A DNA stretch of 64,000 nt from Neoechinorhynchus agilis (Eukaryota > Animalia > Acanthocephala). A program made the position numbers and the translations under genes. Numbering within the stretch: the stretch's first letter is position 1; every line of letters begins with the position of its first letter. The stretch is taken from contig CM121342.1 of assembly GCA_051530055.1 (NCBI GenBank), forward strand, positions 14,709,480 through 14,773,479. Reading direction: 5' to 3'. The notes under the pieces are model-generated. The model ran no database searches. It saw nothing but the letters and a program-made list of their open reading frames with translations, and was not told the origin of the DNA. Positions 50,582 through 60,954 of the stretch are shown here, piece after piece.

Positions 50582-51826
50582 ATGAATATTGACGCGTTCG
50601 CAGACCACCCATCCACGGTTTCTGCCAAGTTTTCTAGTCCGATACCAGACGGATCTGATGGTTCTAAGGAAATCTTAAGTAATTTCGAAAAGACATATCA
50701 AAAGTTTGAGGACATGGGTCTTCAGGATCCTTTGCTTCGTGGAATATTTGCTCACGGTTTCGAGCATCCGAGTGCCATTCAGCAGCGTGCCATTGTGCCC
50801 ATCATCGAAGGCCACGATGTCATAGCTCAGGCACAGTCTGGAACGGGAAAGACCGCTACTTATGCCGTCGCTGCCATTCAACGCCTGGACTGCCGCAATA
50901 GTGACTGCCAAGTACTTATCCTTGCTCCCACTCGTGAGTTGGCTCGCCAGATTCAAAAGGTTGTCGTGGCTCTGGGCAACTACATGAAGGTGAAATGCCA
51001 CGCTTGTACCGGTGGTACCAGTATTGATCTAGATATGACAACTCTTAGAAATGGTGTCCATATTGTGGTCGGTACGCCCGGTCGTGTTTTAGACATGATA
51101 AGACGTCAAGCGTTTCGCACTAGTTCGATCATGATGTTCATTTTGGATGAAGCAGATGAAATGTTAAGTAAAGGATTCACCGATCAAATCTATGATGTCT
51201 TTAAAAATCTCGGAGAAGATACACAAGTTGTGTTGATGAGTGCGACGATGCCAGATGCCGTTCTTGAAGTAACTGATCGATTTATGCGAGATCCAGTTAC
51301 GATATTAGTTAAGAAGGAAGAGCTTACTCTTGAGGGTATTAAACAATTTTACGTTGATGTCCAACAAGACGCTAACAAACTTATGACTTTATGCGATCTG
51401 TACGCTAGTCTTCAGGTCACTCAATCAGTGATCTTTTGTAATACTCGCAAGGTCGTCGAATGGCTGCAGCGTGAAATGGAAGAGCGCCAGCATCCAGTTG
51501 CTGCCATTCATGGCGATATGCATCAAGATGAACGAAACCGAATTATGCAGGGATTTCTGGAAGGTCAAAGTCGTGTTTTGCTTACTACCGATCTTTTATC
51601 ACGTGGAATCGACGTCCAACAAGTCTCTTTGGTCATAAATTTCGATCTTCCTAAAGATCGTGAAAGCTATATTCATCGAATTGGTCGAGGAGGACGATTT
51701 GGTCGAAAGGGAGTCGCTATAAACTTTGTCACGAACGAGGATAAAGAGTATCTGAAAGGAATCGAAGAGTTCTATGGTACTTCCATCGAAGAAATGCCAA
51801 TGAACGTTCACGAATTGCTCGTATGA
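50582..51826 (+). CDS. EIF4A: Eukaryotic initiation factor 4A (DEAD-box), intronless CDS, 414 aa
   Basis: [60 protein letters not shown]4A3 is not excluded, but the sequence is closer to eIF4A1/2. Confidence 0.9.
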   Translation: MNIDAFADHPSTVSAKFSSPIPDGSDGSKEILSNFEKTYQKFEDMGLQDPLLRGIFAHGFEHPSAIQQRAIVPIIEGHDVIAQAQSGTGKTATYAVAAIQRLDCRNSDCQVLILAPTRELARQIQKVVVALGNYMKVKCHACTGGTSIDLDMTTLRNGVHIVVGTPGRVLDMIRRQAFRTSSIMMFILDEADEMLSKGFTDQIYDVFKNLGEDTQVVLMSATMPDAVLEVTDRFMRDPVTILVKKEELTLEGIKQFYVDVQQDANKLMTLCDLYASLQVTQSVIFCNTRKVVEWLQREMEERQHPVAAIHGDMHQDERNRIMQGFLEGQSRVLLTTDLLSRGIDVQQVSLVINFDLPKDRESYIHRIGRGGRFGRKGVAINFVTNEDKEYLKGIEEFYGTSIEEMPMNVHELLV

Positions 51827-52045
51827 GGTGGCTTCGTGGTCTAAGGAGCATGACCGGAGTCTAGCACGAAACAGAAAAAAAGAGTTGAGCTCCATTTAAC
51901 AGAGTGCCTGTGTGTAGTAGTAGAAGGCTTTGGGATCAATGCATATCGATATTTCATTTCGAATGATTTTTATGAATTCCTGTTGATCTCTTTCTCAACA
52001 TGATATCGCTAAATTTCTACATTTTAAATTGGAAACAAAATTAGT

Positions 52046-52734
52046 TTATTTTGGAATGAGATAAAAATTACGCGAAAGTTCGTCACTCAAGTACTCGGAC
52101 GTTTCGGCTATTTTCTCTGTTGGAAACTCAGGTAAGTCCATTAGCCATTTAACAAAGTCTTCTCTCAACAATCCTTTAGTAACGTTCTCAAAAATACTAT
52201 ATTTGTGCACAGGCTTTCTCAAGTCAACTGGTCGTTGATTTTCGATTGGACTCCTATTCTTTGGCTTATTGGATTTTAATTGGACATTCCTTGGAGACGT
52301 ATGAAAAACCTTTAGATCTGCGAATGAAGGAATTGTGTCCAGAGTCGACCGATGCCCTTCTTCATATTCATCGTACGCACTTTGAGGACTTGTTATACTG
52401 TACGTATAAAGATAATCTTGTTCGCTTTTAGATTTAGTGCATAATTTCAGAACCAAAACCAATTGTGAGATTATGCGTTCTTGAACTCGAATCCTCCGCT
52501 GTTCGTGTCTTACGTTTGTCGCTACAAGTTGATTCTTGATTTACTTTTTTAGGCTCCTTCAAACGCACGACCGTGACTGGATTACTGTCTTCTTCGAGCT
52601 CGGAAAATTCTTCACCACACATTGTATTCAATCGCATAAATGCGTTCTTATTGCCTTGTCGAATTCGCATAGAAGGACGGTTGAAAGATCGTTTAGGCGG
52701 TTTATTCGGAATTGCTTTTGGTAGCCTCGTAACT
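52046..52734 (-). CDS. Unknown protein; two ORFs joined across a 40-nt hairpin; probably extends further 5' (towards ~53010)
   Basis: ttttag|GAG CAA CCA... reads through 52434-52670 and shifts +1 into 52046-52462 exactly at an 11-bp stem. No family recognised. Confidence 0.5.
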
Positions 52735-53196
52735 CGTAGTCCTTTTGGTTGCTCCTAAAAGTTTTTTAAGGTTAATTAAACCTGGGAATATAGAAACGAT
52801 CTGGTACATAAAGAAAATATATTGTTTTTGAAAAGGGATTTGAAATGGTAATAGCCTGTACCTTTAACATTTTGTGGAAGTGCGTCGTTTCTTTACATTC
52901 ATACTAATGATACATCGTCGTCATGGTTACGATGATCGAGTCCAAAAAATAATCGATACCTTTGTCGTTTTTTTGATTTGTTTATCGTGCGCGCACGCAC
53001 GCTCACATGTAAATCTACAAGAAAGCACAATCATAATCTTCGTTCATGTTAAATATGGACTTGACAACCTGACCTAAAATCTGAACTTTTTTTTCAACTA
53101 TGAGTCTGTTCGTTTGCTCACTATCTCCACCAAAAGGTCTATGATTAAGCGCACTCTTAAATTGCGCAAGACAACGCTGTGGGTTTAAAGTTTAAC

Positions 53197-54004
53197 ATGA
53201 GCGGCACAGAACTGGTTGTGTGTTCAATTTTATTTTCTTGGGCCACAGTTCTTCGATGTCAGCCAATTTCTGAAGTTATCGTTGAAAACAGTGAAGTAGC
53301 GACTTTACAAATGAAAATTGTTTGTTATTTCCATAAGGCAATCGGTCTTAATAAGAAAAATGAAGACCGATTGATTTGATGGAATCAAGGACATTATTTG
53401 CAATGTACATTTGCCGCCTGCGATAGCCAACACAACCGATAATCTAGGAATGATCGTCTACGTCCAGAATGTCAAAACTTATGACTATGCCACTAAGGTA
53501 ACCGTTCAATATTCTCAAAGTTTTCACCTAAAGCATCTGTTTAACGGCGATTATGAACGTGTTGCAGTTCAGAATCTTGACCGATACTCAATATGCGTAG
53601 TCCTTTTAGAAAAATCAGTGAATAAAAACGCAGACCTTGGAAACGAGGACGTGGTTAAATCCTTTTTATGCACAATTGTTAATCTTGATCCGGAAATCGG
53701 TGTGTCTATAGACGTCAAACCAGAGTTTTCTCTGTTTATTTATTTACTCTGCTTGCTGTTTATTAGTCCTATAGTTCTGCGATATTATCTTCAGTCTCGA
53801 AAAACGACAAAAATGAAAGACGAATTATCGAAGAAGAGACACACAAAAGAGAATATTGATGAGAAACGAGAACTGAGTCTTGAAGAAATTAACGATGAAT
53901 TCGATGAGGATCAAACAGATGAACTTAAAGATAATATCGATGTCGTTGTCGATAGCATTTTAAAAGAAGCTCCATGGCATATTGACACGCGGAAATTCAT
54001 CTAA
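53197..54004 (+). CDS. Type I membrane protein, family member 1
   Basis: Signal peptide (MSGTELVVCSILFSWATVLRC), Cys-containing ectodomain, TM FSLFIYLLCLLFISPIVL, and C-terminal VVVDSILKEAPW shared with paralogs. One 40-nt hairpin interruption. Confidence 0.7.
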
Positions 54005-54312
54005 ATACACAAATGAAACGATAAATTGTAGTGTATGATTATTTAATAATATGTAATAAGCGCATTGTAGGATGGTTTTTCGTGTAGAAAAATTAAAATA
54101 GGTTAAGTTTGTAGTTGACGTGCTTTTTGAACAAAATTCAGAAAAGTAAAATTCTCAAAAGAAAACATTTGTAATTATTTTGTTTAAAATAGCGACTAAA
54201 CAGTCTAGATGTGGAAAACAGCTTTGAGGTAAGCAAGTTTCTTGTTTTCATCTACACATTCGGTATTTTTGGCACACACACAATGCTATTCTCAATAAAA
54301 GCACCCATCACG

Positions 54313-55173
54313 ATGCTGAATTACTTTTGGATATTATTAAAGCTTATATTTGTTAGCCATTCAGTACCACTTTCAAGGATAAATGAAACCGAAGTCATTG
54401 CAGCTGATAACGCCACTTCGATCATCAAAGTAGAAAATGCAACCTCAAGAGCGAAATTGGACTGCTTTTTCCATACACTTAATTGGTTTCTTTTTCTTGC
54501 CTTGAGAGAAGCTGATTGATTTAATGGAATTGAGGATATTTTGTGCAACGTGCAATTGCCGTCTACCACCTCTAACTCCACAGAGAATATGGCAATGGTT
54601 GTTTATTCGCAGAACTTGGATACCGAAGACTTTTTAACAAAGGTAATCACGGAGTATTCATCGGTGTTTCAGTTTAGTTCACTATTTGGGGAACATGAAT
54701 ATTTTACGTTCCAAAACTTCGATAAGTATCGAATATGTTTAATCCTTTTAGCGACTTCGCCTAATGACACCGTTGATCTCAGAAGCGAGAAAGCGATAAT
54801 GTCTATTACGTGTACCGATATTAATCTGGAACAAAGCGTTGAAGTGCTAATGGAAACAAAGCCAGAATTCTCTTTATTTATCTATCTACTTTGCTTGCTA
54901 ATTGTCGTCTTACTTATACTAAGAGATCGTTTAAAGTCTCGAAATTCGGATAGGAAAAGCTCGAGAAATTTTCAATTTGAAAGAGAGCGTCTACCGGTTA
55001 TAAGAGAATCGGGCGTAAATACAAAGGAGATCGGCGCTCAGAGACCAAAAATGACTGATTATGACGAATATATCGATCATGTTGTCGCAAATATCTTAAA
55101 TGAAGTGCCATGGTACACAAGTCGCGGTGAATGCTCTCCAGTTAAAGACATATTACAGAAACATTTACTTTAA
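54313..55173 (+). CDS. Type I membrane protein, family member 2
   Basis: Signal peptide MLNYFWILLKLIFVSHS, KPEFSLFIYLLCLL TM, and DHVVANILNEVPW. A 45-nt hairpin with in-frame TGA sits at the same position as in member 1. Confidence 0.7.
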
Positions 55174-55226
55174 CGTTAACATTCTTGGTCTTAATGAGAT
55201 TTATCGGTTTAGTTTAATAAAAAAAT

Positions 55227-57108
55227 TCATGATTCTGGTTGCTGCTGTAGTTGTCGACCGTTGCCGCCACAGCAGCAACATTTTATTCGCTGATATTTCA
55301 GTGAACATTGCTTGTGACAAAGAGTTGAACAATCTTTAAAAAGATTCAGGTTAGAGCGTTGATGGATAAAGAAAGCTTACAAATGCAAGTAATGACGTCT
55401 TCCTCAAATGGAAAGATCAAAGTTTCCTGCTTGCACATTGAACATTGCATGCCGGCTGATGAGCAACTGGAGCACGAAAGGACGTGTTTTGTGAATATTT
55501 TAATGATCGAATCGATTATTATCTGATGTTTTCCTGATTTAACCTACGACGAACATGAGATTTTCGAGAGCTAACGGCAGCTATACCTGGAACAGATCAA
55601 ACAATGAATAAAGATGCGACTGGTTGTAGACGTGTGAGCCAGAAAGAGAATCAAGAACACTTGTAAGTCTAATGCGAAGAAATTATAAAGGAATGTAAAT
55701 CAAATTTGCCTATGAGCGATTGCTATTTTTTAAATAGACGCTGAACAGCTCTAAAAATAATTTTATTGTAATTTTTAATTAGATGTTTAGAACATCCCTT
55801 GACTTTTTCCTTTACGCATACAGTTAACTGATGTATTGCATCAGGGAAGCCAATAAAATTAACACCCTGAACCCTCCGGATCCTCAGATACCTCCCGGGG
55901 AGACGTAAAGGAAAAAGCCGAGTAAAGGATGATCTAAACACCTCATTAAAAAATAACCGGCTTGCTAGAAGACACATAAATCGATTAAAAAATTATCAGA
56001 TTTTAGAGGCAATGATTTTCAATCTTGGGGTCAAGACCCACACTTTTAAAAGTATATTCAATATTTAGGGAATAATTAAAGCAACGAAACAATGTGTCCA
56101 TGGAAAAAGATATTGTATACAATATTTCTTTTATCGCCTCTGTTTTGTAAGTTGAACTTGAACCGCCAAAATAATTGCACTAAGAACAGGAATGACATTT
56201 TTCTAAAAAGTATATTTTGGGTTTCAAACTTGGAGTCGTGACCACAAAACAAAAGGTCGAAAACTGTTATTTTAGAGGCAGTACCAAAATGGGGCAAAAA
56301 GGTGATCGCTCAAATAACCACTAGACAATCATACTGTTCATTTGAAGCATTTTTACAAGATCCAATGAGCCGTTTTAGAATTCGAAGACGTTGTCGCAAT
56401 TCCTTCACAAGGCGAATCTCGCTTACTGTCTTCTCTAACTCTGGATTCACCATATCCAAATCAATGAAAGGTTGGTTTAGGTTTTTGTCAAGAACCGACA
56501 CAGCTCGTCGACTCAATTGATATTTGTGTCCAAAATCCCAATTAGAAATGATTTTCTCCGGTAAGTAGTGTCTAACGTCGTGCATGCAAGCCGGACAGAA
56601 TTGCTTTCCGAAATATTCGCAAATCTGCCAGTTACGACGATTCATTGAGATAGCCCCACAACCGGCACATCGTTCATTGTGGACAATGGAAGGACGTGTT
56701 AGAATGAGTTGAGGTCTTGGAGGAGCCCAATCCTCGATACCACGTATAAAATGCTCTCCTAACTTAGAATCGCGTTCATACACTTCGATCTCATAAACTG
56801 TATCCGGAAATTGAGATCAAAGATTAATCATGACACTTGAGCTCATTGACCGGTGGTAAATCGTTTTCGTAAGTTAAGCTGTTAAGTAGCGAAATCGCAG
56901 TATTCGTAGCACTGCTGCTAGAGGGCGAAGGTTCATTCCTTTTCGCCATGGAACGCTCAATACGCATCGTAGAATTGGTCAGTTCAAAGGCTTCAATGAG
57001 CATATCGCAATAATCAATATGGGCTTTTTCATTCGCCGACGAAGGGCACGTTGAAAGGTCGCGATCCAGGATAAAATCCCGAATCCGTTTTAATGGAGGA
57101 TCCGGCAT
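55227..57108 (-). CDS. Rubicon-family protein (Rubicon homology / zf-RING_9 domain)
   Basis: NEKAHIDYCDMLIEAFE, EDWAPPRPQLIL, CAGCG...CEYFGKQFCPACM, PEKIISNWDF, HLYSLFDL, HVLSCSSC...CSMC...LIFPF...CI|YCSTLCHKQC. Includes a 666-nt canonical intron (55669-56334). RUBCN vs RUBCNL unresolved. Confidence 0.8.
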
Positions 57109-57739
57109 CTGCAATAAACAAACACGATATTTTAGAATTCACAATTTTACAGAAATAACCTTAAACGACCGACTTCCATAAATAGGGCATTAATCTAACC
57201 GATTTTTTTGGCCGATTTCGCTTATTCAGCCATTACTAACTTTGTTGATATTGACCAAATCGTATTTTATCATTTTAAGCATGGTTAGCCGGTAACTTTG
57301 TTCTGTTTTAAAATGTCGCCCTTACCACGGCTGTAAATTTTATTCGTATTTGTGACGAATTCAATATGGAGAATGACGCAATTTCGTCGGAAGAATCCAT
57401 GTTTCTGTGGCGAACTTTTAGTAATGTTTTTATTGATTTTTCTTATGCGTAGGTCATTGATTTAAAATGAAATCGTTTCTTGTTTATATTTACTAAAAGT
57501 CACAGAATTTTATTTAGCAGTCATATCAAATCCGCATTACCCATATGTTATGATTGTTCGGCAGCTTCCTTGATGGCAATGGCATTGCCGCGTTGGATCG
57601 CCCCGTTGATTCGCTGCGACATTGTATTGTATGCAACGTTACTTTCCTACGTTGCACCATAGGTATAAGCTTGTCAAATAGAATTAGACTCCGCAAGAGA
57701 TCTAAAATACACGACAGCAGTCCTGTTATGCGGGCAATT

Positions 57740-59800
57740 CGCGTCTCTTAAAATCAGGTCATCGTATGTACGACAGTTCCCTTTGCCCTTAAGATACAAT
57801 GTCGTTGGCTTCCAGAAAAGGAACTGTTCACGACCTGTGGGCAAGATGCCTCGGACCGAATTATATTGCCCGTGAACTGCAGTCGTCTGCGGCGCAAATA
57901 TTCACTGGGCGGTTGGACTCCGGCTCTCTTATACAGTGCTTTGTTGGTCACTTTATCTTACCATCTTACCATCTGACCTTGAACGCCGCACGTAAGAGAG
58001 ATGAATGATTTTGGTCCAACTGCCTCGTCGCCGTTGGTGACAGTGTCCAGGTCTCTGCATTGTAGTAGAGAATGCTCTCAATTAGAGCCCTAAACAGCTT
58101 CGAACGGAGTTCGTCTGGCAAAGACACTGTCAAACAGTGGTTTAAGTTGCCCCATTGCTCTCCAAGCTATAGCTCTCCTTCGGCTGACATCCGCACTCAC
58201 CTCAGGAACGACAGCTCCCAGATAGACATACCGCTCTATCTGTTTTAATTGCTCAACGCCATTCGGCCCTTAGCCAGAGACTGTATGCACGACATGCGGA
58301 ATCGTCAAGAATTCCGTCTTTTTCGAGTTGATGGTCATACCAATCATACTCGCCCTCTCGCACGGTCTATTTAGCATGCGTTGCGCTCCTTCGACTGTTG
58401 AGGACATCAATACGATGTCGTCGGCATATGCCATGTAGGAGGCGCGTATCTCAGGATACCTGCGACCTCTTTTCCTCAACAAAAGAAATCCATCTTCATC
58501 ATTCGGTAGTGCCTATATCATTACCCAATCAAGCACCAAGATGAAGAGGAAAGGAGCCAATGTGTCGCCCTGCAGAATACCTGAAGTGGTGGAAAAGTAT
58601 TCTGTCAAACCGTCAGTTGTCTTTACGGCGGAAATTGTGTTTTTATATAATGCTATAACGGATGTGACAATGATTGGCTGCACTCCATACTCCTTTAAGA
58701 TACCGCCAATCATCGTTCGATTTACCGAATCGAAAGCTCGACGGAAATCAACAAATACCAGCGTCACACCCGTTTGATGAATTCGTGCCTCCTCGAAGAT
58801 CCTCCTCAAAGCCAATATGTGCTCTGTGGTGCATCGACCTTTCCTGAAGCCGTTCTGTTCAATTCTTAGAAACGGTTCGAGGATTTGCTGAATTCGGTGT
58901 CTCAAAATGCTGCTGAAAAGTTTTCCTGTCGAGCAGCATTTCTTGGGGATCATTGATAAATGCGCCGTTTGCCGGATTTGAGGTACTGAGCCACCATTCA
59001 TTATCGGTATGATTTTTCTGGCAATGGATTCAAATTTCAGTACCTCTGCCATTTTCGCATCTGGGCCTGATGCACCATTTTCGCCGCAGCGATCGCTTCC
59101 TTCACGGAAATCGGTCCAGTGAAGTATGCCTCAGTGCTTGGGACGATTGTGCCTTTTGGAAGTGCGGGACTCCCTTCCAAAGACGATAATGGCGAATTGA
59201 GAATTTCCGCAAAATAATTTGCGAATCTCTTTTTCTGATTTCCGGGGAGAGACCTTCAATCAAAGTTGGCTGTCTTTGGGATCTTCCTGTGAGAGTGTTT
59301 ATCGCTCCCCATGCTAAGGAGGTACGAACGAAACCTTCCTTATATGCGATCCCGCGAACTGCATCCTCTATCGAAGCCTTTTGCTTTTCATTATAGAGGT
59401 TGGCAAGTTCAAGACTTGTAATGCGAGCCTCAGATCGTTTTCCTCTTTTTATAAGAGTTTTGATCTACTCAGCCATTGCCATAAATTCACAGTCCTCCTG
59501 CTATATAACCTTTGCAGCTTTTATACGCCTCATTTTTGGAGCAGCTCCGGCGGCCAGACAGCTACTGATAGTAGCCTGTCAACGCGGAGTCGATGTGCCG
59601 CTCCACTTGGTGATGCGGCAGTGAACAGGAGCAACAAAATCCACCAGTGCAACGGGAAAAAGCGAGGGCGTCGTAGCTCTCGCCGACGACTTGAGCGTCG
59701 AAATGAGCGAAACTGTCGCCGGAGGCAACGAAAGCGCCAGTTGAAGCTCATCGCCGTGGTGGGTACGGACTGTTCAGGTGGCGCTGACAGCCGTGAGCCC
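57740..59800 (-). mobile_element. Decayed RTE-like non-LTR retrotransposon (RT domain, 5'-truncated)
   Basis: QNGFRKGRCTTEHILALRRIFEE, FVDFRRAFDSVNR, GILQGDTLAPFLFIL, YADDIVL, YLRRRRLQFTGNIIR. Frameshifted. Confidence 0.85.
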
Positions 59801-59809
59801 TTTGGCCCA

Positions 59810-60830
59810 GCTATTTCAGATAGAAGAGCATTACGAATCTGCTGCGCTGCGAGGGGAAGCTGCTGGAGCGCATATCGCCGGTGGCATATTTCAGCATCTT
59901 TCCCAGTCGGGAAATGAATCAATCGGCTTCTTTTGCGAGGCATCCCAGTGTTTCCACCGCAATCGGAATGAATATATATTGATGCCCATCGAACGGGGAG
60001 TACTTATGCCGATTCTTTTCCTCGCTGAAGCTGGCGACTGCTCGCGCTTTCGAGGTGGCGTCCCGTAAGTGGGATGCTGCGAGCGTGTTGGACAAGTAAA
60101 ATCTCAAACCAATATTTTCCCGGAGCACCATGGAAGGAGAGTTGCGCCATCAGGGCGTTTACCGTCGTTCCGGGAAAGTCCGACTGGTTCGAGTCGAGCG
60201 GGAAAACCGGTCGTTGAGAGGGCTTCCTTAATTATGCGGTTGACTGCTGAGTGCTGTGCGTGGCGAGCATTTGAACGCTTGCAGTCAAGGCCGTGAGTTC
60301 CCAACCTGTTCACCGTCTCACGGCACCGACATGTATATGAGCCTGAGAAATCTATGTCCAACCGAAATCCCACAGCGACGGTGATGGCTTGGTCATCCAG
60401 CCTCCTGCCAACAGCCGTGACCGGGAAAGCCTTCAAGAAGTCGCTGGAGTGTGGAGCTGAGACTGCCAGGAGACGAGCTCTATCGGTGGGAGACGAGCGT
60501 GAGTTGCGAAGCTGCTGATAATACGCAGTGTGGAGCAAGGTAGTCCAACGTTTTTGGGAGCTTGTTTCCGTTGGAACGACCTGCCCGAACACTGACGTCC
60601 ATTGAGCGTGCGCTTCGATCTGTTCAGGTGGTGCAGGTCTGAAGAGACCGAAATCGATGACGAAAAGGCAGGAATTGCTACTTCAGTGGCACTCTAGATG
60701 CCAAGACCGCCGAATCGAATGGGAAGGATCGCCTGTTTCCATTCTGTGTCGAACAGTCGTAGGTTTAGGACTTCTGACAGGGTTGATCGAACGCAGTCGT
60801 CGAAAAGAATTTATGGACACGAAAGTCCGC
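59810..60830 (-). mobile_element. 3' half of a CRE-clade retrotransposon (RLE endonuclease)
   Basis: LPIRFGGLGI, RARLLAVSAPHSSDFLKAFP, CRCRETVNRLGTHGLDC, RHAQHSAVN, LEPVGLSRNDGKRPDG, FIPIAVETLG. Confidence 0.85.
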
Positions 60831-60954
60831 TTTTTCGCGTCTGATTGACCATTTTTCATTGTAGTGTTGGGAGTGCAGTTTGTGTGTTCATGTGGTTCAC
60901 TTAATTCACTCGAAATGGAATTCGATGATGTATTGAAGAGTATCGTTATTTTAG

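Noticed and set aside
53372-54519. Conserved in-frame TGA in the membrane paralogs read as selenocysteine or Trp
   Set aside because: TGA ends eIF4A, DRG1, DDX19-like and GATA, and TGG is used for Trp. Paralog 1 also needs a frameshift. No convincing SECIS was seen. The TGA sits inside a hairpin like the other inserts.
55238-55279. Perfect 11-bp inverted repeat near the Rubicon-like 3' end
   Set aside because: It is in-frame coding (CCCC...QQQ; TGC/CAG triplet complementarity) and disrupts nothing.
56304-56330. Small hairpin with in-frame TGA after the Rubicon-like ORF, continuing into ORF 56076-56297
   Set aside because: A canonical intron (56334-55669) joins to exons encoding HLYSLFDL and the Cys-rich C-terminus, so this stretch is intronic.
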